Shown here piece after piece: positions 1-9,261 of a stretch of DNA of 32,000 nucleotides. The translations under genes were made by a program, and so were the position numbers. The first letter of the stretch is position 1; each line of letters starts with the position of its first letter. Source of the stretch: Candidatus Saccharimonadota bacterium. GTDB taxonomy: Bacteria > Patescibacteriota > Saccharimonadia > Saccharimonadales > UBA4665. The notes beneath the pieces were generated by a model. The model was not told the origin of the DNA. It saw only the letters and a list, made by a program, of their open reading frames with translations, and ran no database searches. The DNA is taken from contig JAQGGZ010000008.1 in the NCBI GenBank assembly GCA_028289125.1, positions 1-32,000 on the forward strand, read 5' to 3'.

Positions 1-168
1 GGTAACGACAGCTGGGTCGAGCCGACGTTGCAGCGCATGAAGGCCTGCATGGACAGCGATACGATGCCTCCGATGGGGGAGAGCATCATGGGAGGCCCGT
101 GTGAGTTCTGTAGCTACGCCCGATCACGGACCGAGCTGACGCTGGCAGCGCTCAAGGGTCGGAAATGA
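1..168 (+). CDS. 3' end of a CDS truncated by the window edge. The C-terminal peptide carries a Cys cluster (C-x20-CxxC) and may belong to a PD-(D/E)XK / Cas4-like Fe-S nuclease.
   Basis: Frame 1 is open from base 1 to TGA at 166-168. It translates as ...QRMKACMDSDTMPPMGESIMGGPCEFCSYARSRTELTLAALKGRK*. The stop overlaps the next start in an ATGA. The functional guess rests only on the C-terminal cysteine pattern. Confidence 0.45.
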   Translation, partial: GNDSWVEPTLQRMKACMDSDTMPPMGESIMGGPCEFCSYARSRTELTLAALKGRK

Positions 169-1043
169 TCGATTACCGGCCGCTGGAAGTGTTCGAAACC
201 CCCGCGCAGCGGGCCAGGGCCGAGCGGTATCTCAACCGACAGCAGAAGTTCTACGTACCGTTCACATTGAAACAAGTCGCGGCCTGGCTCGGGACGTTAC
301 TCGTCTTTGCCGGGTTTGTTTACTTCGCCCTACGGGTTTCCGCCACGCTAGGGCAGGTACTTTTATATCTCGGCGGATTCGGATCAGTCGGGTACTTTTT
401 ATGGCGTGCGTCACAGCGTCACAAGGTTACGCAGGCCTGGGCGGCGGCGAATGGCTGGTCCTGTGGACAGCCGGTACCTGATTTCATGATTGCCAGCATC
501 ACGCCGGCGCTTGCCAAGGTATCAAGGGGCGGCGCGAAAATCAGTGGCGCCTATGGGCAGACGGCGTTCTGGTTTTATGCGTATGCCTATGAATATGTCG
601 ATCCGTCCAGCCGCCTGAGCAGCAGTAATGACGGCCCCGATGTCAGGCGAGAGACTTTCCAGACCGTCACCTATCGGTTCCCGGTTAACCTGCCGGTATT
701 TTTGTTGGATGCCACCACCGACGGCCGCCAGAAGCAGCTGGATATCTTCGGCGCGCCGCTCCAGCGACTTGAACTGGAAGGGGACTTTAATAAATACTTC
801 ACTCTCTATCAACGGCCCGGTGACCAGATCGACGTACTTTCGTTCATCACGCCCGAATTCATGGCGCTGTTGGCGGACGAAGCACCGTTCCTGAACTTCC
901 AGACCGATGGCCAGTACCTGCACGTATTCAGTAACCGTTCACACGGTATCGATTATTCGATGACGAAGAACCTGTTCGATAAGAGTCGCCTCCTGGTGGA
1001 CGCTATCGAGCGGAAACTGAATCTCAACCGTCCGGCCCAGTGA
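165..1043 (+). CDS. Hypothetical membrane protein with two N-terminal TM helices, DUF3137-like.
   Basis: 292-aa ORF with hydrophobic segments LGTLLVFAGFVYFAL and VLLYLGGFGSVGYFLW. The C-terminal stretch LELEGDFNKYFTLYQRPGDQIDVLSFITPEFMALL resembles the conserved DUF3137 core as I recall it. ATGA overlap with the upstream CDS. Confidence 0.75.
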   Translation: MIDYRPLEVFETPAQRARAERYLNRQQKFYVPFTLKQVAAWLGTLLVFAGFVYFALRVSATLGQVLLYLGGFGSVGYFLWRASQRHKVTQAWAAANGWSCGQPVPDFMIASITPALAKVSRGGAKISGAYGQTAFWFYAYAYEYVDPSSRLSSSNDGPDVRRETFQTVTYRFPVNLPVFLLDATTDGRQKQLDIFGAPLQRLELEGDFNKYFTLYQRPGDQIDVLSFITPEFMALLADEAPFLNFQTDGQYLHVFSNRSHGIDYSMTKNLFDKSRLLVDAIERKLNLNRPAQ

Positions 1044-1052
1044 CGCATGCGC

Positions 1053-1058
1053 TATACT
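1053..1058 (+). promoter_or_regulatory. Putative -10 box TATACT, 7 nt upstream of the serS ATG (leaderless configuration)
   Basis: The sequence reads TATACT-aaggtac-ATG. Confidence 0.45.
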
Positions 1059-1065
1059 AAGGTAC

Positions 1066-2346
1066 ATGCTTGATATCCAATTTATCCGTGACAATCCTGA
1101 ATTCGTAACTGAGAAGGCCGCCCAGAAGGGCTATCCCGTCGACATCCGTCAGCTGCTCGAGCTCGACGTCCAGCGCCGCAGCAAACTGACCCAGATTGAA
1201 GAACTCCGCGCCCGCCGCAAGACCGCCGGCAAACCGACACCCGAAGAAATCGAAGCTGGCCGCCAGCTGCGCGAAGAACTGACTGAGCGGGAAGCTGAGC
1301 TCAAGATCGTCGATGCACAGTTCGACGCCTTACTGCGTTCCGTCCCCAACATGCCGCTCGAAGATGTTCCCGTCGGCGCCAGCGAAGATGAGAACGTCGT
1401 CGCCAAGACCGTCGGCGACAAGCCCGGGTTCGACTTCGAACCTAAGAACCACTGGGAAATCGTCGAACCACGCGGCATGCTCGACAAGGTGCGCGCCGCC
1501 AAGATCGCCGGCTCACGCTTCGGTTATATAAAGGGCGACCTGGTGCGCCTACAGCTTGCCATCGAACAATTCGTCATGCAGACCCTGGGCGATGAAACCG
1601 TCATCCAGAAACTTATCACCGAGAATGACCTGAACCTGGTAGCCAAACCCTTCATGCCTATTTTGCCGCCGGCCATGCTCCGCACCGAACCGTACCAGGC
1701 AAGCGCCCGCCTTAACGGCGAAGAAGTCACTTATAAGATCGAACAGGACGACCTCTGGCTGAACGCCAGCGCCGAACACACCCTCTGTACCATGTACTGG
1801 AACGAAATTCTGCCCGAAGCCGAACTGCCGATCCGCTATATCGGTTTTCTGACCAGTTTCCGCCGCGAAGCCGGTACGTACGGCAAGGACACCGAAGGCA
1901 TGCTGCGCTGGCACCAGTTTGACAAGCTTGAAATGGAAGTCTTCAGCACGCCGGAGACCGGCTTAGATGAACACAAATTGTTGTGCGCAGTGCAGGAATA
2001 TCTCGTACAACAGCTCGGCCTGCCGTACCAGGTCTTACAGAAATGTACTGCCGACATCGGCAAGCCGAACGCCCGCGGCGTCGATATCGAATGCTGGTTC
2101 CCGGGGCAGAGCGCTTACCGTGAGACTCATACGGCCGACTATATGACCGATTTCCAGGCCCGTGACCTCAAAACCCGCGTCCGCCGCGGCAGTGGTGATA
2201 TCGACTGGGTGCACACGAACGACGCCACCGCCTTCGCGACTAACCGAATCATCGCCGCCATCGTCGAAAACTACCAGACCGCTGACGGCCATGTCGTCAT
2301 TCCTGAAGTCCTGCGTCCATTCATGGGCGGAACGGAGCAAATCTGA
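1066..2346 (+). CDS. serS: Seryl-tRNA synthetase
   Basis: 426 aa. N-terminal coiled-coil arm (MLDIQFIRDNPE...), class II motif 2-like FRREAG, and typical SerRS length and C-terminus. Confidence 0.97.
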   Translation: MLDIQFIRDNPEFVTEKAAQKGYPVDIRQLLELDVQRRSKLTQIEELRARRKTAGKPTPEEIEAGRQLREELTEREAELKIVDAQFDALLRSVPNMPLEDVPVGASEDENVVAKTVGDKPGFDFEPKNHWEIVEPRGMLDKVRAAKIAGSRFGYIKGDLVRLQLAIEQFVMQTLGDETVIQKLITENDLNLVAKPFMPILPPAMLRTEPYQASARLNGEEVTYKIEQDDLWLNASAEHTLCTMYWNEILPEAELPIRYIGFLTSFRREAGTYGKDTEGMLRWHQFDKLEMEVFSTPETGLDEHKLLCAVQEYLVQQLGLPYQVLQKCTADIGKPNARGVDIECWFPGQSAYRETHTADYMTDFQARDLKTRVRRGSGDIDWVHTNDATAFATNRIIAAIVENYQTADGHVVIPEVLRPFMGGTEQI

Positions 2347-2684
2347 TGCAGATCAATGTCACTGGCTCCAAGCAGATCGTCGACGAAGAGCTGCGGAAGT
2401 ACGTCACTAAGCAAATCGGCCGCCACGACAAACTGCTCGGACCAAAGACGCGCGAAATCGCCGTCGCCGACGTCGCATTTAAGAAAGTGAACGGCGATGT
2501 TTCGTGCAAATTACGTGTCACGCTGCCGCAAGACACGCTGGAAGTTGAGGAAATTACCGTCAACGCCTACGCTGCCACCGATATCGTCGGGCCAGTCGTG
2601 CGTGACTTTCTGACCAAATACAGCCATAAATACGGCGGTGGCAAGCTGTACCACATGCTGCGGATGCGCCTCAACAGATTATGA
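2346..2684 (+). CDS. hpf: Ribosome hibernation promoting factor / RaiA-family (S30EA) protein, short form
   Basis: 112 aa. MQINVTG...LRKYV...AYAATD matches the HPF/YfiA pattern (E. coli HPF: MQLNITG...LREFV...MYAAID). Its ATG overlaps the serS TGA by 1 nt. Confidence 0.8.
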   Translation: MQINVTGSKQIVDEELRKYVTKQIGRHDKLLGPKTREIAVADVAFKKVNGDVSCKLRVTLPQDTLEVEEITVNAYAATDIVGPVVRDFLTKYSHKYGGGKLYHMLRMRLNRL

Positions 2685-3202
2685 GCAAACGGCCTACGGC
2701 TGAAGATATCCAGGCCGCTGCTGCTGTCCTGAATAAGCTGGAGCCGGGTTATCTGCCACCGGAAATCTTTTTTGCGGTGGCCCGTCTCTGTGTTTTGACG
2801 ACTGTCGAGATGGTGCCACTCCGCATGCGGAACGGCAGGGTAGAGGTACTGCTGACCCGTCGTCCGGCCGATGACCCGAACTGGCCGGATATGTTGCACG
2901 TACCCGGCACGATATTGCGGCCGTCGGATGAAGAGAATAATTACCACAGTGCGTTCGATCGCATTTTTCAGGATGAGCTGCCAGGCATCACTGTCATTTC
3001 TCGGCCACAGTTCCTCGAAACCCGCTTTCATCAGGTGCAGCGTGGCCGGGAGTCGGCCTTGATCCATTATGTAGAAGTTGCCGGTACGACCCCTGAAGCA
3101 GAGTATTATCCAGTCGCCCTGTTACCGCCCGAAATCATCGATCATCAGGTCAGTTTCATCAAATCGGCTGCCGACCGGTTCGGTCAATCTCAACCTCGGT
3201 AG
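2681..3202 (+). CDS. Nudix-fold-like protein with a degenerate Nudix box
   Basis: 173 aa. The segment GTILRPSDEENNYHSAFDRIFQDELPGI loosely resembles GX5EX7REUXEEXGU, but the key Glu positions are shifted. ATGA overlap with the hpf-like gene. Confidence 0.6.
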   Translation: MSKRPTAEDIQAAAAVLNKLEPGYLPPEIFFAVARLCVLTTVEMVPLRMRNGRVEVLLTRRPADDPNWPDMLHVPGTILRPSDEENNYHSAFDRIFQDELPGITVISRPQFLETRFHQVQRGRESALIHYVEVAGTTPEAEYYPVALLPPEIIDHQVSFIKSAADRFGQSQPR

Positions 3203-3228
3203 ATTTTCTCGCCAGAACAGAGAAAATC
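3202..3228. repeat. Perfect 9-bp inverted repeat GATTTTCTC-N9-GAGAAAATC
   Basis: Arms at 3202-3210 and 3220-3228 are exact reverse complements. The repeat spans the putative -35 and spacer of the secA promoter and begins in the stop codon of the upstream gene. Confidence 0.8.
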
Positions 3229-3237
3229 GAGTATAAT
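3209..3237 (+). promoter_or_regulatory. Putative sigma70-type secA promoter: -35 TCGCCA, 17-nt spacer, -10 TATAAT
   Basis: TATAAT lies at 3232-3237. The -35 candidate at 3209-3214 matches TTGACA at 4/6 positions. About 45 nt of leader with SD GAGGGGAG follows. Confidence 0.45.
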
Positions 3238-3286
3238 AAGCCTCAAGTAAATCACGACCAATCTGTAGAGGGGAGTTTCGACCGTC

Positions 3287-5890
3287 ATGAATACCTTGTT
3301 TAAAAAAGTGCTAGGGGATCCGCAGGCAAAAACCGTCAAACGCTTGCGCAAGCGCGTCGCCGAGATCAACAAGCTGGCACCCAAGTACGAAAAGCTGACT
3401 GATGCCAAGTTGAAGGACCAGACCAAGGTCCTTAAGAAGCGCCTGGCCAAAGAAAGCCTCGACGCCATTCTGCCCGACGCCTTCGCCGTCGTTCGTGAAG
3501 CCGCTAAGCGCAGTATCGGGCTGCGTCACTTCGATGTCCAGCTGATCGGTGGCATGGTGCTGCACGAAGGTAACGTCGCCGAAATGAAGACCGGTGAAGG
3601 TAAGACCCTGGTCGCAACCGCGCCGGTCTACCTCAACGCCTTGACCGGCAAGGGCGTCCACGTCGTCACCGTCAACGACTACCTGGCCCAGCGTGACGCC
3701 GGCTGGATGGCTCAGGTCTACCACTTCTTGGGGCTTACTACCGGTGTCATCATGGCCGACCATTCCTTCGTCTATGATCCTGAATACACCAACGCCGAGC
3801 ACACCGACCCACGCATGCATCACCTCAAGCCAGCCACTCGCCAAGAAGCCTACGCCGCAGACATCACCTACGGCACCAACAACGAATACGGCTTTGACTA
3901 CCTGCGTGACAACATGGTCCGTGAAGAAGAACAGCTGCGCCAACGCCCGCTGCACTACGCCATCGTTGACGAGGTAGACTCCATCCTGATCGACGAAGCT
4001 CGCACGCCGTTGATCATCAGCGCCCCGAGCGTAACCAGTGGCAGCTCCTACGCCCAATTCGCCAAGGTCGTCCGCCAACTGAAGCCCGAACATTATGAAG
4101 TCGACGAGAAGCGTAAGAGCGTCATTCTCAACGATGAGGGTATCGAAAAGGTCGAGAAGGTCCTTGGCATCAGCAACCTCTACGAAAGCGACAACATCCG
4201 CACCATTTACCACTTGCAGCAGGCCCTGCGCGCCGAGACGTTGTTCAAGCGCGATAAGGATTATGTCGTCAGCAAAGATGGAGAAATCGTCATCGTCGAC
4301 GAATTCACCGGTCGTATGCTGGCCGGCCGCCGTTATAACGAAGGCCTCCACCAGGCCATCGAAGCCAAAGAAGGCGTCGAAGTCCAGGAAGAGTCTATGA
4401 CGCTGGCCACGATTTCCTTCCAGAACTACTTCCGTCTCTATGAAAAACTGGCTGGTATGACCGGTACCGCGCTGACCGAAGCCGAAGAATTCCACATGAT
4501 TTACAAACTCGACGTCGTCGAGATCCCAAGCAACCGCAAGATCGCCCGTAATGACAAGCCGGACCGCATCTACCGCACCGAACACGGCAAGTTCAAGGCT
4601 ATCGCCCGTGAAGTCAAAGTCCTGCACACCCGTGGCCAGCCGGTCCTGATCGGTACCGTCTCAATCGAAAAGAACGAACTGTTATCCAGTATGCTCACCC
4701 AGGCCAAGGTGCCACACCAGATCCTGAACGCCAAGAACAACGAACGTGAAGCCGCCATCGTCGCCAAAGCCGGTGAGAAGGGCGCCGTCACCCTGGCGAC
4801 CAACATCGCCGGTCGTGGTACCGACATCGTTTTGGCCGAAGGCGTCAAAGAACTCGGCGGTCTGTTCGTCCTGGGTTCCGAGCGCCATGAGTCACGCCGC
4901 ATCGACAACCAGCTGCGTGGTCGCGCCGGCCGTCAGGGTGACCCTGGTACGACCCAGTTCTTCGTCAGTACCGAAGACGACCTGATGCGTATCTTCGGTG
5001 GCGAACGTATCGGTGCCATCATGGAGCGCCTCAGTGTCGACGACGAGACCCCGATTGAGAACCGTATCATCAGCCGGAGCCTCGAAGGCGCCCAGAAGAA
5101 GGTCGAAGGCCGCAACTTCGATGAACGCAAGCGCGTCGTCCAGTACGACGACGTCATGAACCGTCACCGCCGCGCTACCTACAGTATGCGCAGCGAAATC
5201 CTTAAGTCCGACGACATCAGCAAGCGCATCCGCACCCTGATCGATGACGAGGCCAGGGAACTGACCAACTCACCGCTGCTCGCGACCGATCAGTTCGAGA
5301 CCGTCCTGACCGAGTTGATCCCGCTCGACGACGCCGCACTCGACCGCCTGTTTGACACCGAGACCGACAAGTTCGAGCACGCCTTTAAGACGACAGCCAA
5401 AGAATTCTACGAAGCCCGTGAGACCGCTTTCACCCCTGAAGTCATGCGCAAGGTCGAACGTGATATCTACCTGCAGATCCTCGACAACCTGTGGATGCAA
5501 CACCTTGAGAACATGGAACACATGCGCGAGGGTATCCACTGGACGAGCATCGGCCAGAAAGACCCGTTGGTCGAATACCGCCGCCGCGGTCAGGAATTGT
5601 TCGAAACGATGCAGACTACGCTGCGCCACGAAATCCTGCGCAACATCTTCCACGCACAGCCGGTCGACATTAGCGCCTTGCAGCGGCCGGTCGAGACCGA
5701 ACTGACCCGCGCCGCCCGCCAATCGGTCGACAACGCCGATATGATCACCGAATCGGATAATGAGTTGACCGAAAACGACTTCCGCAGCGCTGCCGAAGAG
5801 CACATGGCCAAGAAGCAGGCCGCCGACAAGCGCAAGAAGACCCGCAAGACCGAACGCCAACGTAAGACCGTCGCCCGGAAGCGCAAGTAG
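3287..5890 (+). CDS. secA: Preprotein translocase ATPase SecA
   Basis: 867 aa. Walker A MKTGEGKTLVA and DEAD-like DEVDSILIDEARTPLIIS. SD GAGGGGAG lies upstream of the ATG. Confidence 0.98.
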   Translation: MNTLFKKVLGDPQAKTVKRLRKRVAEINKLAPKYEKLTDAKLKDQTKVLKKRLAKESLDAILPDAFAVVREAAKRSIGLRHFDVQLIGGMVLHEGNVAEMKTGEGKTLVATAPVYLNALTGKGVHVVTVNDYLAQRDAGWMAQVYHFLGLTTGVIMADHSFVYDPEYTNAEHTDPRMHHLKPATRQEAYAADITYGTNNEYGFDYLRDNMVREEEQLRQRPLHYAIVDEVDSILIDEARTPLIISAPSVTSGSSYAQFAKVVRQLKPEHYEVDEKRKSVILNDEGIEKVEKVLGISNLYESDNIRTIYHLQQALRAETLFKRDKDYVVSKDGEIVIVDEFTGRMLAGRRYNEGLHQAIEAKEGVEVQEESMTLATISFQNYFRLYEKLAGMTGTALTEAEEFHMIYKLDVVEIPSNRKIARNDKPDRIYRTEHGKFKAIAREVKVLHTRGQPVLIGTVSIEKNELLSSMLTQAKVPHQILNAKNNEREAAIVAKAGEKGAVTLATNIAGRGTDIVLAEGVKELGGLFVLGSERHESRRIDNQLRGRAGRQGDPGTTQFFVSTEDDLMRIFGGERIGAIMERLSVDDETPIENRIISRSLEGAQKKVEGRNFDERKRVVQYDDVMNRHRRATYSMRSEILKSDDISKRIRTLIDDEARELTNSPLLATDQFETVLTELIPLDDAALDRLFDTETDKFEHAFKTTAKEFYEARETAFTPEVMRKVERDIYLQILDNLWMQHLENMEHMREGIHWTSIGQKDPLVEYRRRGQELFETMQTTLRHEILRNIFHAQPVDISALQRPVETELTRAARQSVDNADMITESDNELTENDFRSAAEEHMAKKQAADKRKKTRKTERQRKTVARKRK

Positions 5891-5892
5891 CC

Positions 5893-7194
5893 TTGAAGCA
5901 TACCGTATCCGAACTGGTGCTTAAGAACGGCTCGCGCGGACTACTCGTCCATATTCCTGATGCCCAGGTCATGACCTTCGATATCAACTTCCGGGCCGGC
6001 GAATATCTCGTCGACCCGTTGAAATGGGAAGTGCCGCACCTTATGGAGCACATCCTGCTCGGTGCTAATCAACTGATTCCGAAGGCCCGTGATTTTCAGG
6101 CCGAACTTGAGAAGAACGGCGCCTACAGCAACGCCACGACCGGCGTTTATGATATCACCTATGAGGCCGAGTGCGCCGACTTTGAATGGGACCGGGTGCT
6201 GCAGCTGCTGCTTGTCGCCATCACCAAACCGTTGTTCCTCAAAGATGAATACGAAGCCGAGTACGGCAACGTCGCCGAGGAACTGACCGCCCGCGCCAAC
6301 AACCATTCGCGCCGCCTGAGTCTGGCGCTGCGTAAGGAGTTCGGCTTCCTGGCCAAGACCGACCGCGAGCGCCTCGGCCTGATGGCCAACGTCTCGCTGG
6401 AAGATGTCCAGCAGCATTACCACGACACGCACCAGGCAGGGAACATGCGTTTCTGCTTCGCCGGCAACATTACGCCGGAACGGGTACGCGAAATCGAGGC
6501 CATCATGACAAACATCAGCCTCGACTCCGGCACCACCCGGTTTGCGTTGCCGACCGAGATGCCACGCAAACTTCCGAAGCCGCTCGTCATCAAGAACCAA
6601 TCAGTCAAGAACATCTATTTCTTCCTCGACGCCTTCATGGAGCGCCGCATGTCCGATGCAGAGTCCGACGCCCTCAACCTGGTCAACACCATGTTCACCG
6701 AGACGCTGTACTCTAAAATCCTCGGTGCCGCCCGCGAACGCGGTCTCGTGTATGACATGGGCAGCGGCCTGAACCTGTCCAAGCACAGCAGCAACTGGTG
6801 GTTCGGCGCACAGGTCAGCCCACGCAACGCCAAGCCCTTGTTCGATATCATGAATCACGAGATCCTCGAGGTCCTTCATGGCAACCTGCCCGAAGAAGAA
6901 ATCGATGCCGCCAAGCAGTATGCGCTCGGCCGCTTCCAGCGTTCCGGCCAGACAGTCGGCGCGACGGCCGGTGGTTACAGCCACCGCTACTTCTTCGACG
7001 ATCACATCAACGACTACTACCAGATGCCGGAACGTATCGCCAAAGTCGATCGTGACGCCATCGTCAAGATTACGCGCGAAATGTTCACCAGCAACATCTG
7101 GGGCCTCGGCGTACTCGGTAAGACCGATGCCGAATTCGCCGCTCAGCTGAACGAGCAGGCCAGTGTCCTGTGGGAAAAACCGCAGTTGATCTGA
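5893..7194 (+). CDS. M16 (pitrilysin/insulinase) family zinc peptidase
   Basis: 433 aa with an inverted zinc motif HxxEH (HLMEH). TTG start 2 nt after the secA stop; no in-frame ATG is available without truncating the conserved N-terminus. Confidence 0.9.
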   Translation: MKHTVSELVLKNGSRGLLVHIPDAQVMTFDINFRAGEYLVDPLKWEVPHLMEHILLGANQLIPKARDFQAELEKNGAYSNATTGVYDITYEAECADFEWDRVLQLLLVAITKPLFLKDEYEAEYGNVAEELTARANNHSRRLSLALRKEFGFLAKTDRERLGLMANVSLEDVQQHYHDTHQAGNMRFCFAGNITPERVREIEAIMTNISLDSGTTRFALPTEMPRKLPKPLVIKNQSVKNIYFFLDAFMERRMSDAESDALNLVNTMFTETLYSKILGAARERGLVYDMGSGLNLSKHSSNWWFGAQVSPRNAKPLFDIMNHEILEVLHGNLPEEEIDAAKQYALGRFQRSGQTVGATAGGYSHRYFFDDHINDYYQMPERIAKVDRDAIVKITREMFTSNIWGLGVLGKTDAEFAAQLNEQASVLWEKPQLI

Positions 7195-7254
7195 CCAGCT
7201 GTTCAGAACAGTCAAAGACCTGTACAATGCAACCTATAAAGCGGCCCCATCGAT

Positions 7255-9261
7255 ATGCGGTACTACAGCGAAATATACCTTCTTGAAACAAACATCAAAA
7301 ACGAACATTGGCAGAAGCTGTATCGCGCCATGCTGCTGTTCTGCGGCTGGGGCACTTCCTTCGATTTCATATTCACGTGCCACGACAATCAGGTACGATT
7401 CTTTGTCGTCAGTCCGAAAGACATAAGTTCGCTGTCTAACGCCGTCGATGGCATCCTACTGCGGCCCGTCACCGAAGACGCTGTCAAATGTCCCGAGACG
7501 ACCCGCAAGGCGCGTATGCTGCAGTTTGTCACGGGCGGCAACATCCTCGATTTCAAAGAAAAGTTAGCCGTCAAATACAGCCTGCAGCTGGAAATGGCCG
7601 TCGTCAGCGTCAAACCGTACACCGATAGCAAAGCACTCGTCAAAAATGTCTTATATATGAAGGACGCGGCCGGGCAGTGGGCTACCAGTGTCAAGCGCCA
7701 TACTTTTTTCCCAGCACATTTGTTTGCTATCGATTTCTCAAGCAACACTCATTACCTGAAAACGACCGTCCCCAAATACCTCAACATCGAAAAGTCGTTG
7801 CACATGCTCAACAGCGCTAACGTCGACGCCTTATTCGAGGTCGATACGTTCCCTTATTTCTCACATAATTATTACCTGAACCTGCCGAATTACGAGTTTG
7901 ACCTCCACTCATTCATCATCGGTGCGAGCGGGTCAGGGAAGTCAAAGCTCATCAGCTTATTCGTCGACCGGCTCTATCAGACTGCGCTGCGCTTGAATTA
8001 TCGGGTTGTCGTCATCGATCCGCATGCATCGCTTGAGGAAGATTTTCTGGGCATGCCGGACTCCAAAATCATACGCTTTAACGATGAAAGTACCGAGTTG
8101 TTCGCCAGCGCCGGTGCAGACGTATCAGCCGCCACCGAGCTGACCGCGACACTTTTCAAGTCGTTGCTGGCAGACCAGTACACCCCACGGCTTGACCGCT
8201 TACTGCGTTTCAGCTTATTCGTATTGTTCACCGCTCAGAACATGTCGCTTGATACGCTCAAACGATTCTTAACCGATATCGAACTGCGCAATCAGGTGCT
8301 CGACCACGTCAGGGAGTTCGTGCCACCTAACATCACCAAGTTCTTCGGTGGCGATTTCAACGAAATGCGGACGCAGTACTACAACGAGACTATTTCGCCT
8401 ATCGTGTCACTTGTTGATGAGATGCAACTCCAGCCGGCTTTGGTTGGAAACGGCGACGTCTCTCTTGCCAAAACTATTAACGAGAACTTCTTGACGGTAT
8501 TCTCGCTCAACAAGGTGAAGATGGGACAGAAAGTCGTCAAGACTGTGGCAGGACTGATCATTCAACAAATTTTCCTACTCGCGCAGTCGAGGGCCTTCAA
8601 TCAAAAAGTAATCATGATCATCGACGAAGTATCTGTCGTCCAAACTCCCGCTCTGGCATCGATACTGGCCGAAGCTCGAAAGTACAACCTATACGTCTTT
8701 CTTACGCAGCAGTATTTCGGTCAGATCGAAGATGACCTCAAGGCCGCGATTTTCGCGAACGTCTACAACTATTACGTCTTCCGGACTTCCGAGGAGGACG
8801 CCCGGGCGCTTGAGGGCAACCTGAAAATCGAGTTGCCCGCGGAACTCGTTGCCCAGGAATCTGCCCGCGGAGTAAAAGAAATCGACCTTCGCATCCGTAT
8901 GTTAACCGAATTACACCCTCGCGAATGCATAGCAAGACTCCTGTCCAAAGGCCAGCTCAACCCATGTGTTAAACTTCGCACTATGGATGCCCCGCAACGG
9001 GTGGCACAGCCCGGTAATCAGATTACCGACCTCCAGGCTTATGAACAGATTGCCCAGACGATCAATCTGCCATCAAAATTCGTGGAGACACCATCGCCAA
9101 GTCACACTGGCGCCGACCAGCAGTCATCACCGGCTCCAGCGCCCGCCGCTCAGATGGTGTACACCGAGGCGCCACCGCCTATGAGTATGAATCTGAGCGA
9201 ACTTATGGCTCAGCACTCATCAGGCAGAAAAGAAGTACACCCAAGAAAGGAAACGGCATGA
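7255..9261 (+). CDS. P-loop ATPase of the FtsK/HerA/VirB4-VirD4 (TraD/TraG-like) superfamily, with an unrecognised ~215-aa N-terminal domain and a Pro/Ala/Gln-rich C-terminal tail
   Basis: 668 aa. Walker A is IIGASGSGKSKL followed by VVVIDPHAS; Walker B is VIMIIDEVS. The block AEARKYNLYVFLTQQYFGQI...VFRTSEEDARAL is typical of HerA/TraD-type ATPases. No TM helices are seen. Confidence 0.88.
   Translation: MRYYSEIYLLETNIKNEHWQKLYRAMLLFCGWGTSFDFIFTCHDNQVRFFVVSPKDISSLSNAVDGILLRPVTEDAVKCPETTRKARMLQFVTGGNILDFKEKLAVKYSLQLEMAVVSVKPYTDSKALVKNVLYMKDAAGQWATSVKRHTFFPAHLFAIDFSSNTHYLKTTVPKYLNIEKSLHMLNSANVDALFEVDTFPYFSHNYYLNLPNYEFDLHSFIIGASGSGKSKLISLFVDRLYQTALRLNYRVVVIDPHASLEEDFLGMPDSKIIRFNDESTELFASAGADVSAATELTATLFKSLLADQYTPRLDRLLRFSLFVLFTAQNMSLDTLKRFLTDIELRNQVLDHVREFVPPNITKFFGGDFNEMRTQYYNETISPIVSLVDEMQLQPALVGNGDVSLAKTINENFLTVFSLNKVKMGQKVVKTVAGLIIQQIFLLAQSRAFNQKVIMIIDEVSVVQTPALASILAEARKYNLYVFLTQQYFGQIEDDLKAAIFANVYNYYVFRTSEEDARALEGNLKIELPAELVAQESARGVKEIDLRIRMLTELHPRECIARLLSKGQLNPCVKLRTMDAPQRVAQPGNQITDLQAYEQIAQTINLPSKFVETPSPSHTGADQQSSPAPAPAAQMVYTEAPPPMSMNLSELMAQHSSGRKEVHPRKETA

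Noticed and set aside
3311-4627. 438-aa ORF on the minus strand inside secA
   Set aside because: It is entirely antisense to a confidently identified, highly conserved gene. The protein is low-complexity (rich in D/V/G/A/L), as is typical of shadow ORFs in GC-rich coding DNA, and there is no start context.
7198-7213. Short palindrome ctgttcagaacag after the M16 peptidase stop, considered as a terminator
   Set aside because: The stem is only 5 bp with a 3-nt loop and no U-tract, which is too weak to call.
5270-7227. Several long minus-strand ORFs (5270-5860, 5941-6600, 6601-7227) opposite secA and the M16 peptidase
   Set aside because: These are shadow ORFs of GC-rich genes. Their translations have no motifs and they overlap well-supported plus-strand genes throughout.
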